Made by a program: the position numbers and the translations under genes. From Candidatus Saccharibacteria bacterium UBA6824 (GTDB taxonomy: Bacteria > Patescibacteriota > Saccharimonadia > Saccharimonadales > UBA10212), in assembly GCA_002452155.1 (NCBI GenBank), contig DKEK01000002.1:85750-149749 (forward strand): a stretch of DNA of 64,000 bases, read 5' to 3'. This document shows, one piece after another, positions 55,516-64,000 of this stretch (positions are counted from its first letter, which is position 1; every line of letters starts with the position of its first letter). Below the pieces are notes generated by a model, which was not told the origin of the DNA, did not search any database, and saw only the letters and a list, made by a program, of their open reading frames with translations.

Positions 55516-56677
55516 TATAACTAGTATAGCGCGAAATCTGGAAAACTATCCCGAGAGCGGCTGTCAAAAAGACCAAGCTGGTACCGCCCTGGCTAATTAG
55601 CGGCAAGGTGATTCCCTTTAGGGGCAGCAGGCCAAGCATAGCGCCGACATTGACTACCATTTGGGTCGACAACCAAGCCAATACCCCCACTAAAATGAGC
55701 CGCGGGAATTGGTCCGGGGTACGCTCGATAAGTTTCTTAATTCGGGTAATAAAGACAGCGTAGAGGCTAATGATGAGTGTAGTACCAATAAAGCCAAACT
55801 TCTCGGCCATAATAGCAAATATGGAGTCGTTGGAAGCTTCGGGTAAATAGCCATAGGCCTGGACACTGTAGCCCAGCCCCAGGCCAAAGACACCGCCCGA
55901 ACCGACAGCGATTAGAGCCTGGCAGGCCTGGTAACTATTGCCTTTGCAGTCGCGGCCCGGGTGCAAATAGCTGGCCAGGCGGTCGCGGCGGTAACCGCTA
56001 GAGCTGATGGCCAGTATTACTACCCCGGCGACTACAACCGAAATTAAAGCTACTTTTTTCAGTGGAATACCGACCGTAAAGGCCATAGCCCCCATTATGG
56101 CAATCATTACGGCGGCCGAACCGAGGTCACTTTGGAGTTTGGCTACCACGATTGCGATTAAGACCAAAGCCGCTATCAGCGGTTTAAGGGTAGCTTTGGT
56201 ATCGGCTAGTTTGCCTTTTCGCCACTGTCCGTTCAAGAAATTGGCCAACCAAACAATTAGGGCCAGTTTAATAAGCTCGGCTATCTGGAAAGAAAAGCCG
56301 CCCAAGCGGATCCAGCGATGGGCCGGATATATTTCGTTAATGGGGGTGAACAAAACAATTAGCGATCCGACTAGAGCGGTTATTACCAGTGGTTTAGCCA
56401 GCTCCGCCCAACGACGGATGGGCAAGTAGGCCGCCACCATAAATGCCACTGCGCCCAAGCCGACATCAAGTAATTGTTTGCTAACAAAGTAACCCTGGCT
56501 AACGTGCTGGGAGGCGCTTAAGCCCGGGCTTATAGAATAAACAACAATCAAACCAATAAGCATCAGTAGGGCAGTTAAAACCAGGATTACGTAATCCGGC
56601 CGGTGACGCCTTGAGGTCTGCCCCGTGCTGGTGGCTAGGTCCGAACTTTGGCCCAAGTGGCTACGTCTGGCACGCAC
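55400..56677 (-). CDS. ftsW: SEDS-family peptidoglycan polymerase FtsW
   Basis: 10 TM helices and conserved LIAVGSGGVFGLGLG...SIFAIMAEKFGFIG. Start moved to the GTG at 56677, 6 nt past the mraY stop. The low-complexity 3' tail overlaps the annotated murG start by 116 nt. Confidence 0.85.
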   Translation of the reverse strand: MRARRSHLGQSSDLATSTGQTSRRHRPDYVILVLTALLMLIGLIVVYSISPGLSASQHVSQGYFVSKQLLDVGLGAVAFMVAAYLPIRRWAELAKPLVITALVGSLIVLFTPINEIYPAHRWIRLGGFSFQIAELIKLALIVWLANFLNGQWRKGKLADTKATLKPLIAALVLIAIVVAKLQSDLGSAAVMIAIMGAMAFTVGIPLKKVALISVVVAGVVILAISSSGYRRDRLASYLHPGRDCKGNSYQACQALIAVGSGGVFGLGLGYSVQAYGYLPEASNDSIFAIMAEKFGFIGTTLIISLYAVFITRIKKLIERTPDQFPRLILVGVLAWLSTQMVVNVGAMLGLLPLKGITLPLISQGGTSLVFLTAALGIVFQISRYTSYNVQEPKTGSGAGSSDQNNLNGRRLRGTYNPSLTTRPRT

Positions 56678-56682
56678 AAAAT

Positions 56683-57726
56683 TTAAGATACTCCACCGAC
56701 CGCAAACATAATTACGCCTAAAATTGCCGCTACCTGGCCAAGCACCCAAAAACGCATGGTGATCTTGGTCTCCGGCCAACCGATGGCCTCAAAATGGTGG
56801 TGGATTGGACTTGATATAAATATCTTTTTACCGTGGCGCAGTTTCTTGCTGGCAATCTGCAGGACCACTGACCCGGTTTCAATTACAAATACCAGGCCGA
56901 TGATTGGCAGCAGCAGTATGGTGTTGGTGAGTAGCGCCACTACACCAAGCGCCGTGCCGAGCGCAAAAGATCCAACGTCGCCCATAAAAAAACGCGCCGG
57001 GTAGATATTAAACCAGGTGTAGCTAAGCAATGCACCAACAATGGTCATACAAAAACCGGCGACGCCGTATTTCTTTTCGATAAAGGCAATCAGCGCATAG
57101 GCGCTAAAGGCTGAGACCGCTAGGCCGCCGGCCAGGCCGTCCAGTCCGTCAGTAATATTTACGGCGTTGGCAGTGGCAAAAACCACCAAGACAAACAGCG
57201 GTACGATCAGCCAGCCGAGGTGCAGGCTGCCAACAAAAGGTATGTCGATGGCCGTGACGCCTAATTTAGCAAAAAACCAGAGGCCGCCTACTAGTGAGAT
57301 GCCGATAAGTAGCAGGGCTTTGATTTTGGCCCGCATGCCGGCAATACCACCCTTGATACTCTTGATATTAATAATGTCGTCGAACAGGCCGATTAGCCCC
57401 GCCCCGGCCATGGCTGCCAGCGGTAGCCAGGTTTCGGACCGCGACAGATTACCAGCCACCGTCACTAAGATAGTGGACAGCACAAAGATCATGCCGGCCA
57501 TGGTCGGTATGTTGCGGGCGTGTTTGGCGGCGTGCAGTTTGTTATAGACCGTAGCCGTTTCGCCAGTCATGGCGGTTGTACGCTGTTTTTTCCACCATTT
57601 ACCGGAAAAGGCAGCCGTGGTATATAGTGGAGTCAAGAGCATGCTGATCAAAAAACTCAACAGGCCAAACATAAATATTTGTTCGACGGTAGAAGAATCG
57701 ACAACTATTTGTAAAATGGAAGTCAA
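56683..57726 (-). CDS. mraY: Phospho-N-acetylmuramoyl-pentapeptide transferase
   Basis: NAVNITDGLDGLAGG, the DDxxD-region motifs, and 10 TM helices. Confidence 0.9.
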   Translation of the reverse strand: MTSILQIVVDSSTVEQIFMFGLLSFLISMLLTPLYTTAAFSGKWWKKQRTTAMTGETATVYNKLHAAKHARNIPTMAGMIFVLSTILVTVAGNLSRSETWLPLAAMAGAGLIGLFDDIINIKSIKGGIAGMRAKIKALLLIGISLVGGLWFFAKLGVTAIDIPFVGSLHLGWLIVPLFVLVVFATANAVNITDGLDGLAGGLAVSAFSAYALIAFIEKKYGVAGFCMTIVGALLSYTWFNIYPARFFMGDVGSFALGTALGVVALLTNTILLLPIIGLVFVIETGSVVLQIASKKLRHGKKIFISSPIHHHFEAIGWPETKITMRFWVLGQVAAILGVIMFAVGGVS

Positions 57727-57791
57727 CTTAGACGCCCTTTACTGGTCGTGTTTGTTTTGTCATACCGGATCTAATTATACCACCCGTAGCC

Positions 57792-59591
57792 CTATCCGCC
57801 ACCCCGAGGAATAACATTGAAGTTGTCGATTAGCATGTGGGCCAGAGCGCCAAAAATCGGTTGAGCGGCGCCGCTGCCGGCGTATTTGCCCAGGTGCGGT
57901 TCGTTGATGCGCACGGCAATTACATATTGCACTTTGTCGCCGCCGACAAAACCGACATAGGTGCCATTAAAGCGGTTGGTAAAATAGCCGCCGGCCGGGT
58001 TGGCAATCTCGGCAGTCCCGGTTTTGCCGCCAACACTAAAGTTATCGCCAAAATTTAAATATGAGAATCCGGACTTAAAGTGATCTTTAACGGCGAACTC
58101 CAGCATCGAACGCAAGCTTTCGCCAACGCTGGGCGAAACTACGCTCTTGCGCGTCACAACCGGTTTTTTAGGAGTTAGTTTGCCCGAGCCATCAACCACG
58201 GCGTCCACTAATCGCGGCTGATAATATGTGCCGCCGTTTAAGACACTGGACAGCGCGGCGGCCATTTGCAGCGGTGTGGCCGTCATGGCTTGGCCGAAAG
58301 CGGTGTTGGCGTAAGTTAGCTGCAAGCCGTAGCCTTTGTCCGGGTCGGGGATATAACCGCTGGCCTCGTAGCCCTGTTCGATACCCGTTAACTGCCCCAG
58401 GCCAAAATGTTTGACCATATAATCATGCCACTTGTCGCGCGCGGCCTGGGTCACCTGCCCGGTTTGGCCGCCCATTTGCATTAGCATCCAGGTGGCCCCG
58501 GTGTTAATCGATAGGTTTAAAATATCGGTTATGCTGTGCAGGCCGGGGCCGCCGTCTTCTTCGATGTTGGTAATGCTGTGACCATCGAGCTCCCAGTGGC
58601 CGGGATCATTGTAGGTGGTGCTCGGCTTGATGGCGCCGCTGTCGAGCGCTGCCGATGCCGTCAGGGTTTTCATTATCGAGCCGACTTCCAGCGGTGAGCT
58701 GACGGCGGCGTTATTAAATAAGTTGGCGTCGCTGACGTTAAAATACTGGGACGGTTCGTAGGTTGGGTAGTTGGCCATGGCTTTAATGGCGCCGGTGTTA
58801 GGATCCATTATCAGGGCGCTGGCGCCGGGGCTGCTGGCCCGCTGCGTGCCGGCTTTCAAGATTGTTTCCAGTGTTTTTTGCATCCCGAGATCAATTGTCA
58901 TCACTAGATCCTGGCCGGGTCTCGGATCGACCTGGACATTGTCGCGGCTAGCCGCCAGCGGTACGCCTTCGGCGTCGGTAATAGCTTTGAGCTTGCCTGG
59001 TATGCCCATAAGTGTCTTATCTAGCGCCTGCTCGAGTCCGTAGTTCCCCTTGCCGTCGTTATTCACAAAACCCAGCACCTGGGCGGCTAAAGAGCCCTGC
59101 GGATAGGTCCGATAGTCTTGAGCCTGGGTACCGATGCCCGGTAATTTAAGGGCGGCAATCTGTTTTTTTTGGTCTTCACTGACGCGACGGGCCAGCACTA
59201 CGTAGCGGCTGTTTTTGCTTTTCATGGCTTTTTCGTACTCGCCACCGTCGGCTTTAGTAATAGCAGCCGCCTTAGCAGCGGTCTCTGGAGCATTTTTGAT
59301 AAAGGCCGGGTCGGCATAGAGTGTATAGAGTTTTTCGTTTAGCACCACTGGAACTGTGCCACTGCCGCTTTTAGCCGAAATTATGCCCCGCGGGGCTGGA
59401 ATAATATATTCTTTTAACTGGTCAGATAGGGCCTGGGCGCGGTAGTGGTCGTGGCGGATAATTTGCAAATAAAAAAGCCGGGCGATGAAAACCACCATAA
59501 TAAAAATCAAAACGCCGTACCAGATGGATAGGCGTTTAGCAGATTGAGGCGTTTTTGGCGCCGGCGCCGGGTTTAGGCTTGGTGTCATCAA
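57792..59591 (-). CDS. ftsI: Class B penicillin-binding protein (FtsI-like transpeptidase)
   Basis: N-terminal TM, a dimerisation domain, and the transpeptidase motifs SIMK (SxxK), SIN and KTGT. Confidence 0.85.
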   Translation of the reverse strand: MMTPSLNPAPAPKTPQSAKRLSIWYGVLIFIMVVFIARLFYLQIIRHDHYRAQALSDQLKEYIIPAPRGIISAKSGSGTVPVVLNEKLYTLYADPAFIKNAPETAAKAAAITKADGGEYEKAMKSKNSRYVVLARRVSEDQKKQIAALKLPGIGTQAQDYRTYPQGSLAAQVLGFVNNDGKGNYGLEQALDKTLMGIPGKLKAITDAEGVPLAASRDNVQVDPRPGQDLVMTIDLGMQKTLETILKAGTQRASSPGASALIMDPNTGAIKAMANYPTYEPSQYFNVSDANLFNNAAVSSPLEVGSIMKTLTASAALDSGAIKPSTTYNDPGHWELDGHSITNIEEDGGPGLHSITDILNLSINTGATWMLMQMGGQTGQVTQAARDKWHDYMVKHFGLGQLTGIEQGYEASGYIPDPDKGYGLQLTYANTAFGQAMTATPLQMAAALSSVLNGGTYYQPRLVDAVVDGSGKLTPKKPVVTRKSVVSPSVGESLRSMLEFAVKDHFKSGFSYLNFGDNFSVGGKTGTAEIANPAGGYFTNRFNGTYVGFVGGDKVQYVIAVRINEPHLGKYAGSGAAQPIFGALAHMLIDNFNVIPRGGG

Positions 59592-59595
59592 TTAA

Positions 59596-59943
59596 TTATT
59601 GACTGATGCTGCCCGTCGGTGCAACCGAAACCAGCCCCTTGGCGGCATCACTATTAGCTACCCTCTCGAGCGACTGCAACCTAGCCGAGCTGACCTCCAG
59701 ATTGGCTTTTTGGTCTTTGAGCTCCGATTGCTGCTGTTGCAGGCTGTTGATAGTGTAACCGTAGCTATTGGTCTTGGTGACCTGCGTTAGATACAGCAAG
59801 CCGATCAAACAAGCCAAAACTATTAAGATGATAGTGTTACTGACCGGTCCCAATGTGCGGCTGACGGCCACAAACGACACGGCATTTTGGCCGCGGCGGG
59901 CATAACCAGATTTAGAAGCGGCGACTGAGCTTGAATATGTCAT
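59596..59943 (-). CDS. ftsL: FtsL-like bitopic division protein
   Basis: Lies between rsmH and ftsI; one TM then a coiled coil (LQQQQSELKDQKANLEVSSARLQSLE). Confidence 0.5.
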   Translation of the reverse strand: MTYSSSVAASKSGYARRGQNAVSFVAVSRTLGPVSNTIILIVLACLIGLLYLTQVTKTNSYGYTINSLQQQQSELKDQKANLEVSSARLQSLERVANSDAAKGLVSVAPTGSISQ

Positions 59944-60195
59944 ATATTTTTTGTTTCTATTTTTATTTTTGCTTGCCCCTTACCTTTTCTGAGTGGAGTA
60001 GTCTGTAATCAGATTACGGAACTTCATGAAAAGGTGTGGGGTGTTTTCCAGGGCCCGGCCGCATTTTCTTTTAGGGTAAATACGGCCGAGCAATAATCCC
60101 GGTGATCTTATGCTAGTGTATGACCCTTACGGGCACTCTAGCGGCACGGGAGTTTTTGTACTCTACCTTGATTGGCATGAGTTTTCTAGACCTTT

Positions 60196-61077
60196 CTATG
60201 TTTTTATTTTGGCTACGGCCCGCAGTTTTGCACTGCGAGCGCGCGGATTTAAAGCTATTTCTTCGGCCTTGGCGGTAATCGGTTTTTTGCTTAGTAGGCG
60301 AATTTCGGCCTCATAGCCCTGCCCCGCCGCCTCTTTGAAGGCTTGCTTGACTAAGCGGTCTTCCAGGCTGTGGAAGCTGATGACTGCCAGACGGCCGCCG
60401 GGCTCCAGCAGCTGCAGCATCAGCGGCAAGCTGTCTTGTATTTGGGCCAGTTCGTCATTGACGGCTATCCGCAGCGCCTGAAAAGTTCTGGTCGCCGGAT
60501 GGGTCTTGCTGCGAAAACGGTAAGTGCTGGCCACAACTTTGGCCAGCTGGTCAGTGGAGTGGATCGGCCGGTTAGTCACAATCTTCGCTGCTACGGCTCG
60601 GCTTTTTGGCTCCTCGCCGTAGTTTTTTAAAAGATTGGCTATTTTCTGCTCGTCCCAGTGGTTAACAATCTCGCCGGCAGTTAAATGCTGCGAGTTGTCC
60701 ATCCGCATATCAAGCGGCCCGGGGCGAACAAAGGAAAAACCGCGTAGTGCTTGCTCAAAGTGCAGTGAACTTACACCGAGATCGGCCAAAATTAGGTCGA
60801 AACGTTTCCCCCGCTCTACCAGCTCCTGGCTGGCTGCTAAAAAGTCGCTTTGTAGGATATCTATGTCCTTGAACTTTTTTTTCAGCATTTTGACGGCTTC
60901 GGGATCTCTATCTATGAGTAGAGCCTGCTTGGGCGCCCGGGTGAGTTCTAAAATGGCGCCGGCGTGGCCACCCAATCCGGCGGTCAAGTCTAGGTACGAC
61001 TCGCCGGCTTTGGGGGCCAGTAGATGGAGTACCTCGCGCAGCAGCACGGGGTTATGGACAATTTTTTGTTTTGGCAT
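60196..61077 (-). CDS. rsmH: 16S rRNA (cytosine1402-N4)-methyltransferase
   Basis: HNPVLLREVL..., SAM-binding DLTAGLGGHA, and DLGVSSLHF motifs. Confidence 0.9.
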   Translation of the reverse strand: MPKQKIVHNPVLLREVLHLLAPKAGESYLDLTAGLGGHAGAILELTRAPKQALLIDRDPEAVKMLKKKFKDIDILQSDFLAASQELVERGKRFDLILADLGVSSLHFEQALRGFSFVRPGPLDMRMDNSQHLTAGEIVNHWDEQKIANLLKNYGEEPKSRAVAAKIVTNRPIHSTDQLAKVVASTYRFRSKTHPATRTFQALRIAVNDELAQIQDSLPLMLQLLEPGGRLAVISFHSLEDRLVKQAFKEAAGQGYEAEIRLLSKKPITAKAEEIALNPRARSAKLRAVAKIKT

Positions 61078-61403
61078 TCTCGTTTTTGTTTTGGTGTTTT
61101 TGTTTTTGCAAGATCACCTATTCAGCAGCCAGTTTTTTGTTTTTGGATTGTTTTTTGTTTTTGTTTATCCGCCTAAAAGGCGAATTAGGAGCTTACGGCG
61201 CGAAATAAATTTCTTGCCATAGGCTCTAAAGTTCTTGTGAGAGACTTTGTGAGGTGGAGTTTTGGGAGGTGTTACGTTTAAAAATGTACAAGGGTGTTTT
61301 TAACGATGTTACCCTATATACCACCGACTGACTGCCAAATAGCTGATCTCGAAGTGTCTATTTGGTTTTGGTTACCGCCGAGTTTTTAAGATGCGAAGGC
61401 TAT

Positions 61404-61760
61404 TTACGGTTTGGCCATCAGGCGCCAATAGCGCCCTGCCCTGACGGCTACGACGTCGCGGCTGATACCGGCGTGGTCCAGCAGGTGCTGTTCCAGCGTG
61501 ATTCTGCCCTGACGCGCGTCAATGACACCCTCAATCCTGCCCATTCTGAACTGGACGTTAAGATCAGCCGTCTGCTCGTCGAGGATATTCCCCTGCAGCT
61601 GCGGCTCGACCTGTTCGTCCCAGACGGACTTAGGATAGAGGTGTAAATAGTTTTTAAAACCTTTGGTTATAACTACGCCGCTGTCAAACTCGGCTCGAAG
61701 TTCGGCCGGAATGCCCAGCCGCCGCTTGTCGTCAAGTTTTCTTTCGAAGTAGTCTCCCAT
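61404..61760 (-). CDS. mraZ: Transcriptional regulator MraZ
   Basis: Two DxxxR motifs (DDKRRLGIP and DARQGRITL) in a duplicated fold; 118 aa. Confidence 0.8.
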   Translation of the reverse strand: MGDYFERKLDDKRRLGIPAELRAEFDSGVVITKGFKNYLHLYPKSVWDEQVEPQLQGNILDEQTADLNVQFRMGRIEGVIDARQGRITLEQHLLDHAGISRDVVAVRAGRYWRLMAKP

Positions 61761-61811
61761 TGGTCCCTTTTTTAATAGTGGTTTTTATTTTTGGTGAGGA
61801 GCTATTTTGGC

Positions 61812-61859
61812 TACCCACGTTTACCCACTAAGCTGAGTGTACAGGCCCTATCTACCCAC
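61812..61859 (-). promoter_or_regulatory. Three direct GTGGGTA repeats upstream of mraZ (two spaced 10 bp apart): candidate MraZ operator
   Basis: Plus-strand TACCCAC at 61812-61818, 61822-61828 and 61853-61859, which reads GTGGGTA on the coding strand of mraZ; matches the TGGGN direct-repeat architecture of MraZ boxes. Confidence 0.45.
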
Positions 61860-61873
61860 AAGCAAGCACTTTA

Positions 61874-61901
61874 TAAAAAAAGCTCCCCTGTCGTAGGGGC
61901 A
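61874..61901 (-). terminator. Rho-independent terminator after the LysM-protein gene (minus strand)
   Basis: On the minus strand: GCCCCTACGACAGGGGAGC hairpin (stem CCCCT/AGGGG) followed by U7. Confidence 0.55.
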
Positions 61902-61976
61902 CTTATCCACAGAAAGTGGTGAGTTTACAATTTATGCGCAATATGTAGCGGTTTGGGGTTACCAGATAGCGCTAGG

Positions 61977-62402
61977 TTAGCCGTTGGACTTGGGTTCGAG
62001 ATTTTTCATATTTGCGGTGGCATCCAGCTGAAGCACCGTATCTCCGGGGTGAATCTCCCCTAGTGTTTGAGCTTGCTTAGGGAGCTGTCTGTTAAGAGCG
62101 GCTACCTTTTCTTGGAACTCTACTCCGTACGGATCTAGGTCCGGATAGGCTTTATTGACAATTTCCGTTAGAGTATCGCCACCTTGGACTGTATAGCTAT
62201 TGTAGTGTCGCTCTGGATGTTCAGCCCTTGGGTTTTCGACCGTGGGCCCTGTGCCCTGAACTCTATCCATTGCCGTATTAGCTGCTACCCCTGCACCTAT
62301 AACCCCGGCGGCCAACAAAGTGACTCCGCCAACCCGGCGTCTCTTAAATTTAGGGTCTTGATTAAATTTCTTACCAGTTAGTTTTTCAGCTTCGGTTGCC
62401 AT
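61977..62402 (-). CDS. Membrane-anchored LysM-domain protein
   Basis: N-terminal TM; YTVQGGDTLTEIVNKAY...LGEIHPGDTVLQL, a LysM pattern. Confidence 0.6.
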   Translation of the reverse strand: MATEAEKLTGKKFNQDPKFKRRRVGGVTLLAAGVIGAGVAANTAMDRVQGTGPTVENPRAEHPERHYNSYTVQGGDTLTEIVNKAYPDLDPYGVEFQEKVAALNRQLPKQAQTLGEIHPGDTVLQLDATANMKNLEPKSNG

Positions 62403-62455
62403 AACAGTTTATATACTAGCACAAAGTGTTAAAAAGGTCAAGCTTAGTTCTTGGC

Positions 62456-63802
62456 TTACCCCTTCGCAATCCGGGCGGCGAACCATTTGCCGCTTTGCTT
62501 GACAGTCCGCTTCATGCCGCCTTGCCTGTCAACTGCTACCAGGCCAAACTTGGGCCACCAGCCGGTTGACCATTCAAAGTTGTCCAGCAGGCTCCAGTGG
62601 AAGTAGCCGATGACGTTAGCGCCTTTCGCATTAGCTTTCTCGATGGCGGACAGTGTTTCTTCTATCCACCATTTACGGTAATGGTCATGCTCATCGGCTA
62701 CGCCATTCTCGGTCACCAAAATAGGCTGTTTGTACTTTTTAGCTACGTGCTTGATGATCTTATAAATGCCGTCGGGCTCCATGTACCAGCCTAGGTCGTT
62801 TAAGGGACCTGGCGGGTTGTGGCGTCGTTTTTTAAACGGTCCGCGGTGGCCTAAGCGGCCGGTTCGATGCGGATCGCGGTTGTAACGCATAGGATTTTTT
62901 CTGATAAAACCCTTAAAATAATCTGTAAAGTAATAATTAAAGCCGACAAAGTCCTGGTGCTTTCTGACTCGATTTAAAAACCACCAGTTCCAGACATAAT
63001 TTGCCAGCGCTGCTACGGTTTTGTCGATCAAATTTCCAGGCCGTTTGGGCTGGTTATTGTTGCATTGTGTGGCTACACCAACCATCAACTGCGGCTCTAT
63101 TTTTTTAAGCAGCCGATACGTCCGGCGATGGGCTAAGGCCAGATTATAATAGACTTGAGCCGCCTCAATCGGATTATATTTCTGTGGCGGCCAGTGCCCT
63201 TCTAAGTAACTCATACCAATATAAGTATTGGGTTCATTTATCGTCAGCACCCATTTGCAGGGCACGACCAAATCTTCGGCAATCCGCTGCACAAAGCGGA
63301 CAAAGTAGTCTATATTGCGACGATGGACAAAGCCGCCTTTTTGGTCAAACCAGACCGGCAGTGTCCAGTGCCACAGGTTAACCACCGGCTGGATACCCCG
63401 TTTTTTAAGCTCGGCGATGTATTTTTTGTAGTGATCGATAGCTTCCTGGTCCCACTGACCTTCTTCAGGCTCAATCCGCGACCATTCAATGCCAAAACGC
63501 AGCGCGTTGAGATTGAGTTTTTGGGCAATGTCAAAATCTTCTTCGTAGCGCTGATAATGTTCGACGCCGCGGCCGCTAATGTAGTTGGCTGGATCCTCGG
63601 CCTGGTCTTTTATCTCTTTCCAGGTAGGTAGCCAGTGAGCCAGCCTTTTTTCAGCCGTTGCCGCCAGCTCATTGGCGTGAGCCTGCTCCCACTGGCTCCA
63701 CTGGTTATGGTTGCCGCCCTCGACTTGGTGCGCCGACGTACTAGCGCCCCACAAAAAACCCTCTGGAAATTTAGAATTTTTATTTTTTGCCATTACCAAC
63801 AT
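62456..63802 (-). CDS. Family 1 glycoside hydrolase (beta-glucosidase / 6-phospho-beta-glucosidase-like)
   Basis: FPEGFLWGASTSAHQVEGG N-terminal signature, acid/base LTINEPN, nucleophile ILVTENG. Confidence 0.85.
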   Translation of the reverse strand: MLVMAKNKNSKFPEGFLWGASTSAHQVEGGNHNQWSQWEQAHANELAATAEKRLAHWLPTWKEIKDQAEDPANYISGRGVEHYQRYEEDFDIAQKLNLNALRFGIEWSRIEPEEGQWDQEAIDHYKKYIAELKKRGIQPVVNLWHWTLPVWFDQKGGFVHRRNIDYFVRFVQRIAEDLVVPCKWVLTINEPNTYIGMSYLEGHWPPQKYNPIEAAQVYYNLALAHRRTYRLLKKIEPQLMVGVATQCNNNQPKRPGNLIDKTVAALANYVWNWWFLNRVRKHQDFVGFNYYFTDYFKGFIRKNPMRYNRDPHRTGRLGHRGPFKKRRHNPPGPLNDLGWYMEPDGIYKIIKHVAKKYKQPILVTENGVADEHDHYRKWWIEETLSAIEKANAKGANVIGYFHWSLLDNFEWSTGWWPKFGLVAVDRQGGMKRTVKQSGKWFAARIAKG

Positions 63803-63873
63803 TGTAGCAAACCGCTTTCCCTCAAGCCGCTATAGCTTCGACATCTACTTGCAATCTTATAAAATACATTCTA

Positions 63874-64000
63874 GTGGAAGAAGTTAAGCCAAAACCGCCA
63901 ACGGAATATTATTTTGATGTCTTAAACGGCCAAGAGTTATTGGGGGGAGTGGCTCTAGAAGTACATATTGAGGCAGGCGGTCATCCGGCTGATGTCCACC
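63874..64000 (+). CDS. Possible 5' end of a hypothetical gene running off the window
   Basis: Open frame from the GTG at 63874 (VEEVKPKPPTEYYFDVLNGQ...) to the window end; weak support. Confidence 0.2.
   Translation, partial: MEEVKPKPPTEYYFDVLNGQELLGGVALEVHIEAGGHPADVH

Noticed and set aside
56683-56779. Long 5' overlap of FtsW with mraY as a genuinely overlapping gene
   Set aside because: A GTG at 56677 with the conserved FtsW N-terminal R-rich segment immediately downstream gives a normal 6-nt intergenic spacing, so the overlap is an artefact of the longest-ORF start.
1-64000. CRISPR arrays and cas genes
   Set aside because: No run of three or more regularly spaced identical 24-40-nt repeats was seen anywhere, and no Cas-like proteins appear in the ORF set.

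Overview
The window is a gene-dense segment of about 50% GC that uses the standard genetic code (TGA and TAA both end recognised genes). The gene content points to a small-genome Gram-positive-like bacterium: a compact mraZ-rsmH-ftsL-ftsI-mraY-ftsW-murG-ftsQ division/cell-wall cluster without murC/D/E/F or ftsAZ, a sortase, LCP, G5/DUF3761, DUF3048 and PEGA surface proteins, a soluble TraD/VirD4-like ATPase, and many short hypothetical secreted proteins. A Patescibacteria/CPR lineage (Saccharibacteria-like) is the most likely source, but that is inference from gene content only. Confidently recognised housekeeping genes include thyA-folA, gltX, der, pth, smpB, xth, dprA, topA, a DEAD-box helicase, a Y-family polymerase, and two two-component systems. 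Cytochrome bd oxidase (cydAB), an aquaporin and a cob(I)alamin adenosyltransferase are present, along with two tRNAs (Leu-CAA on the minus strand, Glu-CTC on the plus strand). Three low-GC accessory islets stand out. At 15.5-16.8 kb a single gene fuses a PUA-like domain to a putative nuclease domain and is a candidate modification-dependent restriction enzyme. At 42.9-45.7 kb an IS1595-family element bounded by 11-bp inverted repeats carries a translationally coupled 431-aa HTH passenger gene. At 52.8-53.4 kb lies an AT-rich segment with small ORFs and direct repeats. Several intergenic regions are unusually rich in perfect palindromes, iterons or long-range inverted repeats, and two ORF-free structured stretches (34.54-34.71 kb and 42.52-42.90 kb) may encode ncRNAs. 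All functional calls come from motif recognition by eye; no database searches were run.
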